Assembly: GCA_963728565.1 (NCBI GenBank)
Contig: CAVSLC010000023.1
Span: 32,001-96,000, forward strand
Direction of reading: 5' to 3'
DNA length: 64,000 nucleotides
Origin: an uncultured delta proteobacterium
GTDB lineage: Bacteria > Desulfobacterota > Binatia > UBA9968
Shown one piece after another: positions 31,305-41,793 of the stretch (position 1 is the stretch's first letter; every line of letters starts with the position of its first letter). The notes under the pieces are model-generated. The model did not search any database. It saw only the letters and a list, made by a program, of their open reading frames with translations, and was not told the DNA's origin. A program made the position numbers and the translations under genes.

Positions 31305-31462
31305 GTGGAGATTCAAGAAACGATCATCCTAAAGGAACCGGCAATTTCGCGGCTGCTGTTTGTAGGCTCAATGGGCTCGATCGCTGGGTACTGCCGGTTC
31401 TCGGCACACCCTGGAAACCGGGTCGCTTCTTTCGAGGAAATCGCGTCAGGAATGTGAGGTAA
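31305..31462 (+). pseudogene. Internally deleted DoxX-like gene remnant
   Basis: An N-terminal-like segment (EPAISRLLF) is joined out of frame to a C-terminal-like segment (GLDRWVLPVLGTPWKPG). Family assignment is from recall. Confidence 0.45.
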
Positions 31463-31818
31463 TTGAATCGGGACTTCGAATTATCGGTGCTGATGATTGA
31501 CGTCGAGTCGACGAGTTTGCGGCCATCAAAGCATTCGCGACAACTTCCTCGAGCACAACCGGGAACTGATCACACGGGGCCATACGACACTGGGTCCGCG
31601 ACGGGCACGGCGATTTTCATTGCGAGCATGTCTGTGTTGCGTCGGAAGGAATTCAGATCTTGGACTGCATAGAATCCGATCCGCAACTGCGCTTGAATGC
31701 TCTCCCGAGGTCTGCCTCGATCTGTGTGCGCACAGATCAATTAAAAATCTCAGGCATTCGAGCGAATGGTTGCCAGGCCGATTGTCTACTACGGTTGGTA
31801 ATACGGGCTGACCCTGCT

Positions 31819-32157
31819 TCAGTGTTCTTGCAGCGACTGACACGAAGGGCAATGCTCTGATTCAGGCGAAAGCTCTAGATGTTCCATCCCGATGGGCTTA
31901 TGGCAAGCAACGCAAAGACCGTAGCGCTTATCCTTGACCCGGGTAAGGGCTTTATCAATCTGGGCCATCTCGCTACGGTACCACGCGGTGACACGATCAA
32001 GGAGACTTATTCGCCTTTTGTAGGCGGTGTAATTCAGCCACTCGGTGTTGCTTTCGACCTGATGCCTCTCGGTCGAAAGATGTCCGAGAGTCTTCTCGAC
32101 CTCCAGACGCCGGCTTCTCAAGCGGGCTGCGTAAGTCGGCTCAATATTGCTCTGCAT
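31819..32157 (-). CDS. TraR/DksA C4-type zinc-finger protein
   Basis: Coiled coil followed by YGLCVACHKPI...HCPSCQ. Confidence 0.82.
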   Translation of the reverse strand: MQSNIEPTYAARLRSRRLEVEKTLGHLSTERHQVESNTEWLNYTAYKRRISLLDRVTAWYRSEMAQIDKALTRVKDKRYGLCVACHKPIGMEHLELSPESEHCPSCQSLQEH

Positions 32158-32485
32158 CGCAGCGGTCTCCTTCCGTTAGAAGAGAATTCCGTTAAGACAT
32201 TAATCAGATATCATCTGTATGTTGGATTCAGGGGAAGCCTACGGCTGCCTGGGTCAGGAATAAGGCACACAACTGCGACGATTGGCGAAGTAAAAACCGC
32301 AAAAAAGATGCCATAAGTGGCCGACTTGTTGGCTCTTATGCTGCTTGGCTTTTGCAGATCCGGCAGTGCCGGGCTGTCCTGGATATGAGAATAATCTCTT
32401 AATATTTTCTCAAAGCTGATACATCGCTCCGATTTCACGGCAATGACTCCGCATGGAACTAGGGTCTACCACCAAGGGAGGAACT

Positions 32486-33388
32486 ATGTTTAGCCGAATG
32501 CTGATTCCGTTGGACGGCTCAAAGACGGCCGAGGACGTGCTGCCCTACGCGCGGCGACTCGCGGCTGGTGCCCGCGTTACGGTCGAATTGCTCGGTGTAG
32601 TTGAAATGGCTGACATTGCCGAAGACATTGCCTCCAGCCAAGCTGCATATGCAGGAGCGCTGATTAGAGAAGCTGTACGGAACAGCACGGAGTACCTCGA
32701 AAAGTTAGCGCAATCGTTTCACAACGGGAAGGTACGTTGTCGCGTGGAACAAGGCCGGCCCGAGGATATTATCATTGCGGCCGCGTCCGCGGACAGGGGC
32801 ACCTTGATTGCCATGGCCACTCATGGCCGTTCGGGTGTGACTCGCTGGCTGCTGGGCAGTGTCACTGAAAAAGTTTTGCGCGGCACGGTCAATCCGCTTC
32901 TGGTGGTGCGTGCGCCTGGAAATTCGAAGACCGAAGGCGAAGCAGCATTGCGTTCGGTTATCGTGCCCCTTGATGGTTCGGACGTAGCCGAAACCATTCT
33001 TTCGCCTGTTGCGGCTTTGGCCAAGGCTCTGGATCTGCAGGTCCTTCTGATGCGAGTTTACGGGCTGCCGCTGCCGACATACGGCGGAGATGATTACTTC
33101 GTGCCTGACTATCTTGAACTCAAGGATCAGATAAGAGACGAAGCTCAGGACTATTTGAACTCCAGAGCTAGTTTGTTACGGGCACAAGGAGTTGTGGAAG
33201 TTTCTACAGTAGTAGCCGAAGGGTCAGCCGCGGATGCGATTATCAACCTGGCGCGCAAGACACCGGACAATCTGGTCGCCATGTCTCCTTACGGCCGTTC
33301 AGGATTACAGCGCTGGGTGCTGGGCAGCGTCACTGAAAAGGTCGTGCGACATTGTCAAGATCCGGTGTTGATAGTGCGCGGATCATAG
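32486..33388 (+). CDS. Tandem universal stress protein
   Basis: Two USP domains (IPLDGS...MATHGRSG...LGSVTEKV, repeated); GGAGG RBS. Confidence 0.93.
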   Translation: MFSRMLIPLDGSKTAEDVLPYARRLAAGARVTVELLGVVEMADIAEDIASSQAAYAGALIREAVRNSTEYLEKLAQSFHNGKVRCRVEQGRPEDIIIAAASADRGTLIAMATHGRSGVTRWLLGSVTEKVLRGTVNPLLVVRAPGNSKTEGEAALRSVIVPLDGSDVAETILSPVAALAKALDLQVLLMRVYGLPLPTYGGDDYFVPDYLELKDQIRDEAQDYLNSRASLLRAQGVVEVSTVVAEGSAADAIINLARKTPDNLVAMSPYGRSGLQRWVLGSVTEKVVRHCQDPVLIVRGS

Positions 33389-33523
33389 CTGAATTTAGAC
33401 TTTGATCCCGGATGCTGGGCTTTCACGCCGCCGGATCGGACCTTACTATATTGATTTTTCGTATCCACCCTAGTTGCTTCAACGCTCCCCGGTTGTTACA
33501 CGTACAAAGAGGAGGACTCAACT

Positions 33524-33835
33524 ATGATACGGAATCTAAAATCAATTGCGGTTGTGATCGTGCTGCTCGGATTTCTCGGAGGGTGTCAGGCGATGACCGG
33601 CCGGACAGCCGGCGAGAATGTCGATGACGCGACCATCACCACAACGGTGAAGGCTCGCTTGGCGCAAGATAAGCTCGGTACGTTGACCCGTGTCGATGTC
33701 GATACCACCAGCGGTGTGGTTTCGCTAAATGGAGTCGTTAAGACGCCGCAGGACAGATCCCGCGCGGAAGAGGTAGCGCGCGGCGTTGGCGGCGTAAAAA
33801 AAGTAACCAACAATCTCCAGGTTCAGAAGAGTTAA
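33524..33835 (+). CDS. BON-domain lipoprotein
   Basis: Lipobox LGGC, DDATITTTVKARL, GVVSLNG, GVKKVTNNLQV. Confidence 0.92.
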   Translation: MIRNLKSIAVVIVLLGFLGGCQAMTGRTAGENVDDATITTTVKARLAQDKLGTLTRVDVDTTSGVVSLNGVVKTPQDRSRAEEVARGVGGVKKVTNNLQVQKS

Positions 33836-33860
33836 CAGCCGGAGGATGCCAGTGATTGCT

Positions 33861-33897
33861 ATGCGGCCTCGCGTGAGTTAGTCGCGCGGGGCCGCAT
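33861..33897. terminator. Hairpin between convergent genes
   Basis: ATGCGGCCTCGCGTGA pairs with TCGCGCGGGGCCGCAT. Confidence 0.6.
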
Positions 33898-33963
33898 CTG
33901 CGGAGATGCCCTGTCCGCGCATTCCGCTACCAGCCGTATCGGTGCCGGGCTATCTGCTGCCCA

Positions 33964-34950
33964 TCATTTGTACACCGAATCAATAAAGCCGTTCTTTTCG
34001 AGTTCGTCCACGATAGACATATCGACAAAGTTTTCCGGTTTGGGCAGCGGTGTCTTGCCTTTGAACTGAAACTCAATCAAAAACTGAACGGCCTTGGGGG
34101 AGGGGCGTGGGACTTTTTGAATCGTCGGCGCATAATCCTGCCAAGTGCCTTCCAAAAGATCATCTTCAGTAATCTTGCCGTACTTTCCTAGAACGCGTTT
34201 GCTAAATTCCTTGTCGCTACGATAGCGGTGTGCGCCGCGTATGTAAGCCCGGATAAAGCGGGTGGCAGTATCACGATGCTGCGCAATATAAGACCGGGTG
34301 GTGATGACCCCGCCGTTGACGTCTTCCACTCCAAGGTCACCGAAGTTAATCAATTCGCGCATTCCCAGTTGGGCTGCTTTCGCGTAAAGCGGATAGCTTA
34401 AGGCCGCCACTTGCACCGCGCCGCTTTGTAATGCGGCAAACGCCTCCGGCTGGGCGCCCAACGATAGAATCGCCACATCTTTATTTGGCTCTAAATTGAA
34501 TTTCTGCAGCGCTATGCGAACCACCTGATCCGACGTTGATCCGAACGTGGTGATGCCGGCTCTTTTCCCTTTTAGGTCTGAAGGCTGCTTGATATCCGGT
34601 CGGGCCATCAAACGAAACGGCGATACGTTCCCCGTAGCGGCGATAATAACGACATCGCTTCCGGCGGCCGTGGCGGCGATTGCCGCAGCAGCACCGGCTT
34701 GAATGATCGGCGCGCTTCCTCCCAACATCGCTGCCACCATCCTGGTGCTGCCTCCGACCCGAATGAGTTCGACGTCAAGTCCCTCGGCGGAAAAATAGCC
34801 GGCCTCTTTGGCGATCCAGGGCGTCGCCCAGGTGCCACCAAAGCTAGGATATAGAACCCGCATCGACGTCGACGCGGCAAAAACTGGTCTGTCAGGCGTT
34901 AGCAGAAAAGCAGCCAGTAATCCGATTATAAAAACGACTTTCGTTAGCAT
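33964..34950 (-). CDS. ABC substrate-binding protein, NitT/TauT family
   Basis: Signal peptide, AKEAGYFSAEGLD, DLKGKRAGITTFGS. Confidence 0.85.
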   Translation of the reverse strand: MLTKVVFIIGLLAAFLLTPDRPVFAASTSMRVLYPSFGGTWATPWIAKEAGYFSAEGLDVELIRVGGSTRMVAAMLGGSAPIIQAGAAAAIAATAAGSDVVIIAATGNVSPFRLMARPDIKQPSDLKGKRAGITTFGSTSDQVVRIALQKFNLEPNKDVAILSLGAQPEAFAALQSGAVQVAALSYPLYAKAAQLGMRELINFGDLGVEDVNGGVITTRSYIAQHRDTATRFIRAYIRGAHRYRSDKEFSKRVLGKYGKITEDDLLEGTWQDYAPTIQKVPRPSPKAVQFLIEFQFKGKTPLPKPENFVDMSIVDELEKNGFIDSVYK

Positions 34951-35441
34951 AGTGATTTTATCTCCTGAAAAAGGTGGGTTGTTGGTTGTTCGAATTGTAA
35001 GCATAAAGTTTACTCGACGTGTTTGCTATTTTCGGTCGTCGACAGCGACGATTTAACAGCTCGGCGGGAACTAATGCAAACTCTCCGTGTGGTTCTTCTG
35101 ATGTCGGATAATCGCTGGATGAGGCAAATACCAGTTTGCTGAAATCGCCCCTGGTGACATTCCAGTAAAGGGTCACTTGCCTGTCGGAATTTTGGCTGCT
35201 TTGAAGAGTCAGATGACCGCAAAATTCAGCAGCTTAAGCGGCAAACCGTTGCCTTAAGATGATGAAATTAATGAAACTCTCAGAGCGATTTTTCGCCGGA
35301 GAGGTTTCAAATTGTTTGCAACCGAATCTGGAGTTGCGCGAGATCTCCGGTATACTTGCAGTAGTGTCTACACGGCGGACTTCTGCTCGACGACACCGCC
35401 GTAAACCCCAGCACAACTTTTTCAACAAAGGGACCTACTGA

Positions 35442-36578
35442 ATGTCAGAACCTGATACAGCGCGCATCCATCAACTTCTTAGTCTTCTGGCCCAGCAGTC
35501 GAAAGAGCACGCTTTTGTGCTTTTAGATGCGGATGCGCACGTTCTGTGGTGGAGCCCGGGAGCCGGGATATATCTTCGACCGCAGCTCAAACGAGATGGT
35601 AGGCCAGTCTCTTGGAATTCTGTTTACCCCGGAAGATAGGGAGAGGGGAATTCCCGATCAGGAAATCCGAACTAGCGGTCAATTTCGGCAAAGCGGAAGA
35701 TGATCGATGGCAGATTGCGTCGAGACGGCTCTCGATTTTGGGCGACCGGTATACTGATAGCCCTGCGTGATCAGAACCAGAATCTCTTAGGCTTTGGCAA
35801 GATCCTTCGCAACCGCACGGATCTGCGCGAGCAACTCGAAGCATTGCGCAACCAAGTACAGGCACTGACTGCAGCGAATCAGCGAAAGGATAACTTTTTA
35901 GCCACTTTCTCGCATGAGCTTCGTAATCCGATGGCGTCGATATGCACGGCGGTGGAACTCATCAGTAGAACAGCCTCTCGCAACCCCGATCTAGAAGGTT
36001 CGCTCAAGCTCATCGAGGAGCAGTTGGGTTTCGTCCGCCGGATGCTTGATGACTTATTGGACGTGACGCGCATCAGCACAGGCAAGGTTCGCTTAAATAT
36101 CGGACCTGTCGTGCTTCAGGAAGTTATCGAAAAGGCTGTGGAGTCGGCGCGGCCCAAGGTTGACGAACGCCGTCAGAGAATCCAGGTAATCGGGCCGTGG
36201 TCCGCGATCGTGCTGCGAGGCGATCGTGATCGATTGCAGCAGGTCTTCTTGAATCTATTGAGTAATGCGGTCAAGTACACTCCGGAGCACGGCGCTATCT
36301 CTATCAAGGTGACCACCGAGGCCGACGAGGCCGTGGTCCGGATCACGGACACCGGAGTGGGAATTCCTCACGATATGTTGCCGCGAATATTCGATCTATT
36401 CACGCAGGTGGAAACCCAGCTTTCGCATGGCGGACTCGGCATCGGCTTGGCCTTGGTCAAAGACTTTGTAGCGCTCCACGGTGGTTCGGTCCAGGTTCGC
36501 AGCGAGGGCGTTGGTAAAGGCAGCGAGTTTATGGTGCGACTCCCGCTCCAAGTTCAGCCCACAAACGCCGACCTGTGA
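35442..36578 (+). CDS. PAS-domain sensor histidine kinase (three +1 frameshifts in the PAS domain)
   Basis: H-box FSHELRNP, N-box NLLSNAVKY, G-boxes DTGVGI and GLGIGL. The PAS domain can be rebuilt by removing single bases at about 35567, 35668 and 35714. Confidence 0.85.
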
Positions 36579-36645
36579 AGATCCTGAATATTCTTGTGAG
36601 ATAATCACCGCGAATCTGGGTTCAACTCTTCGCGCGGAGGGCATG

Positions 36646-37535
36646 ATGAAATTGGGACTTCAGATACCGTCTTTTACTTGGCCGGCGGGGACATCGGGCT
36701 TTAGCATCGACTCTGGCTCGCGTCGGTCAAGCAGCGGAGGAAGCCGGATTTGCAAGTCTCTGGGTGATGGATCATTTTTTTCAGATCGAGATGATCGGTA
36801 AACCCGAAGAACCAATGTTGGAAGGCTACAGCGCGCTTAACTTTCTGGCCGCCGTGACCAAGCAAATCCGCCTTGGGACACTCGTTAGCGGGGTGATTTA
36901 CCGTCACCCCGGCATTCTCGTCAAAACCGTAACATCTCTCGATGTTCTATCCGGAGGCCGGGCTTACTTCGGCATCGGGGCCGGCTGGTATGAACGCGAG
37001 GCTATCGGCCTTGGCGTTCCCTTTCCGCCGTCTGAAGGAGCGCTTCGAGCGTTTAGAGGAAACCCTCCAGATCGCTCTGCAGATGTGGTCAGGAAAAATT
37101 GGGCCCTATAGCGGCAAGCACTATCGACTGGCCGAGACGCTTAATTCACCTCAGCCGCTATCCGAACCGCATCCACCTATTCTGATTGGCGGCGCCGGCG
37201 AGAAGAAGACCCTGCCTCTGGTGGCGAAATACGGCGATGCTTGCAATCTCTATGCGTTCGACGGTCTGGAGGTCGTTCGCGCCAAGCTCGAGGTGCTGCG
37301 AAAAAGTTGCGACGCCATCGGCCGACCTTATGACGAGATCGAGCGCACCGCCATCGGCAGGCTCGATGTCGGTGGTTCAAACAGCGTGCGCGAGGCTATA
37401 GAATACTGCCGATCCGTCAATGACGCCGGCATCGAGCACTTGATTATCAGCGTACCTAACGATCACGAGATAACGCCCATCGAACTGATCGGCAAGCAAA
37501 TCATTCCTGTGGTCGCTAACTTCGCAGCCGCGTGA
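36646..37535 (+). CDS. LLM-class (putatively F420-dependent) oxidoreductase (two +1 frameshifts)
   Basis: SLWVMDHFFQI, LDVLSGGRAYFGIGAGWYERE, PPILIGGAGEKKTL; breaks at about 36700 and 37031. Confidence 0.85.
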
Positions 37536-37747
37536 GAGAGGATACTCCGGATCAAGCAGCTTGATTTTGATTCATTTCCGATTTGCTCCGCGCGCGATCC
37601 CGCCGGGGGACATCGCTTATGAGTTCGGCCTCTTCGCCGTCCATTTCCCAGGTTAACTGCGGAATATTGGCGATCGGCGGATAGATCAGATACTGCAGTA
37701 GAATCGATTTGCTAAAGTGCGGCATCGGTTCGGATAAAAGGGCGAGT

Positions 37748-38068
37748 ATGCTGAGAACACCAGTCGGCCGGCTTCGATTGATTGGAATCGTCGAGGCCGT
37801 TTCATTCCTGCTGTTGCTGGGAATAGCGATGCCGCTAAAACATTTTGCCGAAATGCCGGAGGCGGTTCGTATTGTCGGATGGGTGCACGGAATCCTGTTT
37901 ATCGGGTTTGTCGTTGCCTTGATGCTGGCACGGGATGCCATGCGCTGGAGCTTTCGGTGGACGGGTCTCGTGCTCCTGGCGGCGTTGCTTCCGTTTGGGC
38001 CGTTTGTGATTGACGGGCGCTTGCGCAAAGAGGAGGAAGGATCGATATCTCAGTCGCCAAGCCTCTGA
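37748..38068 (+). CDS. DUF3817-family membrane protein
   Basis: EAVSFLLLLGIAMPLK, GWVHGILF, LLPFGPFVID. Confidence 0.8.
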   Translation: MLRTPVGRLRLIGIVEAVSFLLLLGIAMPLKHFAEMPEAVRIVGWVHGILFIGFVVALMLARDAMRWSFRWTGLVLLAALLPFGPFVIDGRLRKEEEGSISQSPSL

Positions 38069-38127
38069 GTTCTAAGTTGAATGTCAAGAAAAGAGGTTGA
38101 GCGCGCCGCGCGCCGAGAGGGCTTAGT

Positions 38128-38595
38128 GTGAGACTCGCGTCGCCAATCATAGGTACCCTTTTGCTCTCGATGCCGTTATTCTCATGCGCAAGCGAGCGAC
38201 CCACCAGTCTTGGAGTTGAGGCGTCGCGTTTAACGTCTTGTCCTTCGTCACCCAATTGCGTTTCAAGCGATGCCGTTGATTCAACGCACTCGATTGCGGC
38301 ATTGGCACTGGCAATTCCGCCGGGTGACGCATGGCTTGCTGTCCGTGGATCTGTTGAAAGTCTTCCGCGTACCAAAATCATTGCTGCGACTGCTGATTAT
38401 ATTCACGCCGAATGCACCAGCGCGGTCTTCGGCTTTGTCGACGATCTCGAACTTCACTTGCGGATCGCTGAGGGAGTTATTGCGGTGAGGTCGGCATCAC
38501 GGCTCGGCTACAGCGATCTAGGCGTTAATCGCCGGCGGATTGAAGATTTAAGGGCACTACTGATAAGGCGGGGTATCGTAGGTCCGCTTGCCTGA
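38128..38595 (+). CDS. DUF1499-family protein
   Basis: CPSSPNCVSS, FGFVDDLE, VRSASRLGYSDLGVNRRR. Confidence 0.88.
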   Translation: MRLASPIIGTLLLSMPLFSCASERPTSLGVEASRLTSCPSSPNCVSSDAVDSTHSIAALALAIPPGDAWLAVRGSVESLPRTKIIAATADYIHAECTSAVFGFVDDLELHLRIAEGVIAVRSASRLGYSDLGVNRRRIEDLRALLIRRGIVGPLA

Positions 38596-38634
38596 GGGTG
38601 AGGGCTGCGAGCATCGGCCAGGGCAAGCTGGAAT

Positions 38635-39996
38635 TTACCGGGTCATTGCCGGGCGCCGCCGTTTTCGCCTTCCGCCGACATGGGTCGTTGAGGAGCCGGC
38701 CTCAAGCTGCTTGAGCTTTTTCGCGATGAAAATCTGTTCCGACTTGATGGTGGTCAGTTCCAGGGATTTCCGGAAGTAGTCGCCGGCGGCTTTTTTATTG
38801 TTCAGATCCGCCTCAAACTCCGCCAGAACTGCATAGAGTAGATAATATGAATTCAACTCCTGCCGATTTTGAATCGACTGTAGCGCTTCGATGCCTGCCC
38901 TCGGACCGTGCAGGTTGGCGAGAGCTACGGCACGATTGAGGACGATCACGGGCGAATCATTCAGCTCAAGCAACCGGTCGTAAAGCGAAAGGATCTGCGC
39001 CCAATCGGTGGATTCGTAATCCTTGGCAGCGCAGTGGCAGGCGGCAATGCCGGCCTGCAGATGATACTCACTGACTTCGTCGCCGGCCATGGATTGCATC
39101 AGATGAAACAACCCGCGCGCGATCATCGCCTGGTCCCAGTTTGAGCGGGTCTGTTCCTGCAGTCGAAGAATGTTTCCATCCTGGTCCAGTCGCGCCTTCA
39201 ACCGTGCCCCGTTCAGTAACATCAGCGCCAGCAAGCCGTGAGTTCGGGGACGATTGCCTGCGGGATGTTCAGCCAATAAACCACCTAGGCGGATGGCTTC
39301 ATGACAGAGCGCTTCTCTGATCAGTTGGTCTCCTGTTGAAGCTTTGTAGCCTTCGTTGAAAAGCAAATAAAGCGTTTGCAGCACGCCGTCGAGCCGCTGC
39401 GCCAGCTCGTCGCCTGCCGGAATTTCAAACGGCACGCGCGCGTCGCGGATCTTGTGCTTGGCCCGGGTCAGCCGTTTGGCAATCGCCGCTTCAGATGTGA
39501 GAAATGCTCGGGCAATCTCGCCGGCGCTAAAGCCGCAAAGCGTCTTGAGCGCCAGCGCCACGTGGGCCTCTCGCGGAAGCACCGGATGGCAGCACACAAA
39601 CATCATACGAAGACGGTCATCGGTAATTTCCTTTTCACCGATTCGAGCATTCTCGGCTGTGGCCGTCGGCGATTCCTGGTCTATCAAGCGCGCGATCTCG
39701 ATTTGTTTATTGTGAAAAATCTTTTCGCGGCGGATGAGATCCAGAGCCAAGTTTTTCGCTACCTGCGTGATCCAAGCGGCGGGATTTTGCGGGATTCCGT
39801 AATAGGGCCATGTTTGCAATGCCCTGGCTAAGGTCTCCTGAACTACGTCTTCGGCCCGGTTAATATGCTCGATGCCAAAAATTCTGGTCAAGGTCGAGAT
39901 TATCTTTCCGGACTCATGCCGAAAGCAATGCTCCACCACCTGAGTAACTTCTTCAGAGCACGGCACCGGACTCTTGGTATTGGATGTCGTCTTCAT
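38635..39996 (-). CDS. ECF42-type sigma factor with C-terminal TPR extension
   Basis: DDRLRMMFVCCHP, LYLLFNEGY, YHLQAGIAACH, LNRAVA; lies downstream of a DGPF gene. Confidence 0.9.
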   Translation of the reverse strand: MKTTSNTKSPVPCSEEVTQVVEHCFRHESGKIISTLTRIFGIEHINRAEDVVQETLARALQTWPYYGIPQNPAAWITQVAKNLALDLIRREKIFHNKQIEIARLIDQESPTATAENARIGEKEITDDRLRMMFVCCHPVLPREAHVALALKTLCGFSAGEIARAFLTSEAAIAKRLTRAKHKIRDARVPFEIPAGDELAQRLDGVLQTLYLLFNEGYKASTGDQLIREALCHEAIRLGGLLAEHPAGNRPRTHGLLALMLLNGARLKARLDQDGNILRLQEQTRSNWDQAMIARGLFHLMQSMAGDEVSEYHLQAGIAACHCAAKDYESTDWAQILSLYDRLLELNDSPVIVLNRAVALANLHGPRAGIEALQSIQNRQELNSYYLLYAVLAEFEADLNNKKAAGDYFRKSLELTTIKSEQIFIAKKLKQLEAGSSTTHVGGRRKRRRPAMTR

Positions 39997-40253
39997 TAAT
40001 GAGCCATTCTGCGACCGTCGCAGGCGCGATCGGCAACGCTAGGCTTCAGCTCGACCGCCGCATTCACGGCGATCCAACAGTGAGCTCAAGCGTTAGGCCG
40101 CTTGACCGCGTCCGGGCTGAAATTTTTTTGACTCCTCCCGCCGGCTCACCGCGAACCGAAAGGATTCGGACATCGAAATTCCGAAACTTCCGCTCGTGGC
40201 GAGCCTGTGGGATTTTGTGCAACAGGCGGTGACGCGCGTTGAAAATCTGAAAA

Positions 40254-40667
40254 TCACGCGCCCGCGCGAGCCGGTTGTACCGCGCTCTGCTCCATTGGGC
40301 TTAGCGCCAATGGGCATTCAGGCGCCACTGGCCTAACTTCCACGGTGGCGCCGAAATTCAATCCTGGAAACTCCTTGGCGATCTCCGCCGCCTCTTCTAA
40401 ACTGGCGACCTCGAGCAGAAAGAATCCGGCGATGGCTTCTTTGGATTCGGCAAACGGACCATCCGCGACTGACCGGCCTTTCTTTTGTGAGACGATTTTA
40501 CCCTCGGGAAATAGGGGTTTGCCGGCTTTGGCCTTGCCCTCTGCGGTCAGGCGGTCAAGCCAGGCGTACATTTGTTTCACCACCTCCTGAATTTCCTCCG
40601 GTGACAGCCCTTTGTGCCAGTCCGTGCCGCGGAATAACAACATGCATTCGGTCGTCTGCGTGCTCAT
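40254..40667 (-). CDS. YciI/DGPF-family protein
   Basis: DGPFAESKEAIAGF, VEVRP; AGGAGG RBS. Confidence 0.9.
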   Translation of the reverse strand: MSTQTTECMLLFRGTDWHKGLSPEEIQEVVKQMYAWLDRLTAEGKAKAGKPLFPEGKIVSQKKGRSVADGPFAESKEAIAGFFLLEVASLEEAAEIAKEFPGLNFGATVEVRPVAPECPLALSPMEQSAVQPARAGA

Positions 40668-40700
40668 GATTTCCTCCTAGAAATGTGCTTTCATTGAGTC

Positions 40701-40727
40701 GACGAATGAGCAATGACATTCAGGACA
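40701..40727 (-). promoter_or_regulatory. Candidate ECF42 promoter
   Basis: TGTCCT-N17-CGTC upstream of the DGPF gene, resembling the TGTCGA/CGTC-type ECF42 motif. Confidence 0.55.
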
Positions 40728-41074
40728 GGCCCGCGATGTTTTCCGTTCGATAATGCCGGCAGCATGGCGCGCCTTTCATTCATCTACTTCTTGTAAGACA
40801 AACCCTGGACCTCGAACAATTCGAAAACCGGATATAGCTGACGATCGTTACAAACCATCGAGCCTTGGAACCGGCTTCGATTGCGAAATATCTCTGGACG
40901 GTCAAGTTGAAGCGGTCCGATACTCCTTCAGGATCTGCGATTTTCATCATCTGAAAAGATCCGCATCTGGAATCTTCGGCGTTACACATTAATTACGCGA
41001 TCTGGCGCGAGGGTCAACCAAGCGGCTGAAGCTGAGTTCCGGTTAATTCGAACCTAATGTAAGGAGATTTTCTA

Positions 41075-41470
41075 ATGACGTTCATGGCTAAGCATATCAG
41101 TGTGTCCATCGAGCGCCGCGCCGCGGAGGTTTATGAATTTGCATCGAACCCTGAGAACCTCCCTCAATGGGCCGGAGGACTCGGCGGTTCCATAAAAAAG
41201 GTCGATGATGAATGGATAGCCGAGGCGCCGATGGGGACCGTGAAAGTTAAATTCGCCGAGCAAAACAAATTTGGGATTCTAGATCATAACGTGACTTTAT
41301 CGTCCGGGGCCAAATTCTATAACCCCATGCGTGTCTTCCCGAATAACGACGGCAGCGAAGTGATTTTTACGCTGTACCGCCAGGCCGGCATGTCGGATCA
41401 AAAGTTTGCCGATGACGCGGGATCTGTCGAGAGGGATCTAAACAAACTGAAGACCTTACTCGAAAAATAA
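41075..41470 (+). CDS. SRPBCC/polyketide cyclase family protein
   Basis: VYEFASNPENLPQWAGG, GILDH, NPMRV; AAGGAG RBS. Confidence 0.85.
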   Translation: MTFMAKHISVSIERRAAEVYEFASNPENLPQWAGGLGGSIKKVDDEWIAEAPMGTVKVKFAEQNKFGILDHNVTLSSGAKFYNPMRVFPNNDGSEVIFTLYRQAGMSDQKFADDAGSVERDLNKLKTLLEK

Positions 41471-41473
41471 ACT

Positions 41474-41793
41474 TCATCCAGGCTTGAATCGACCAATGGG
41501 CAAGATGAACGCACTAATGTAAGCGGGACCAACACTCAACGGCACAGATAACCTGATCCAACCGGGCCCCTTGGGCGGGGCCTGCAGTATCGTGGCGCCG
41601 CCCGATGCGATCATCGATATCTGGATGATCTGTCTGGCTTGTTCACGGCCGCCGCCGAAAGACGTGATGATGAAGACCACAAAGATCCAACCACCGAAAT
41701 CACAAATACATGCTGTAGACCGAGCAGAACGGCGCTCCCAACCGGCGGCTTATCCGTGACGCGATATACTAGGTTGGGTGGTTTCTTGACCAT
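41474..41793 (-). pseudogene. N-terminal fragment of an NCS2 (xanthine/uracil) permease
   Basis: DKPP...LLGLQHV followed out of frame by SMIASGGATILQA; the remainder of the gene is absent. Confidence 0.6.

Noticed and set aside
25400-33520. FNR/CRP/Rex boxes upstream of gap, pfp, USP and BON genes
   Set aside because: Only half-sites or wrongly spaced palindromes were found.
34960-35440. Long intergenic regions (also 12205-12640 and 46750-47050) as ncRNA candidates
   Set aside because: No recognisable RNA family motif or convincing structure by inspection.
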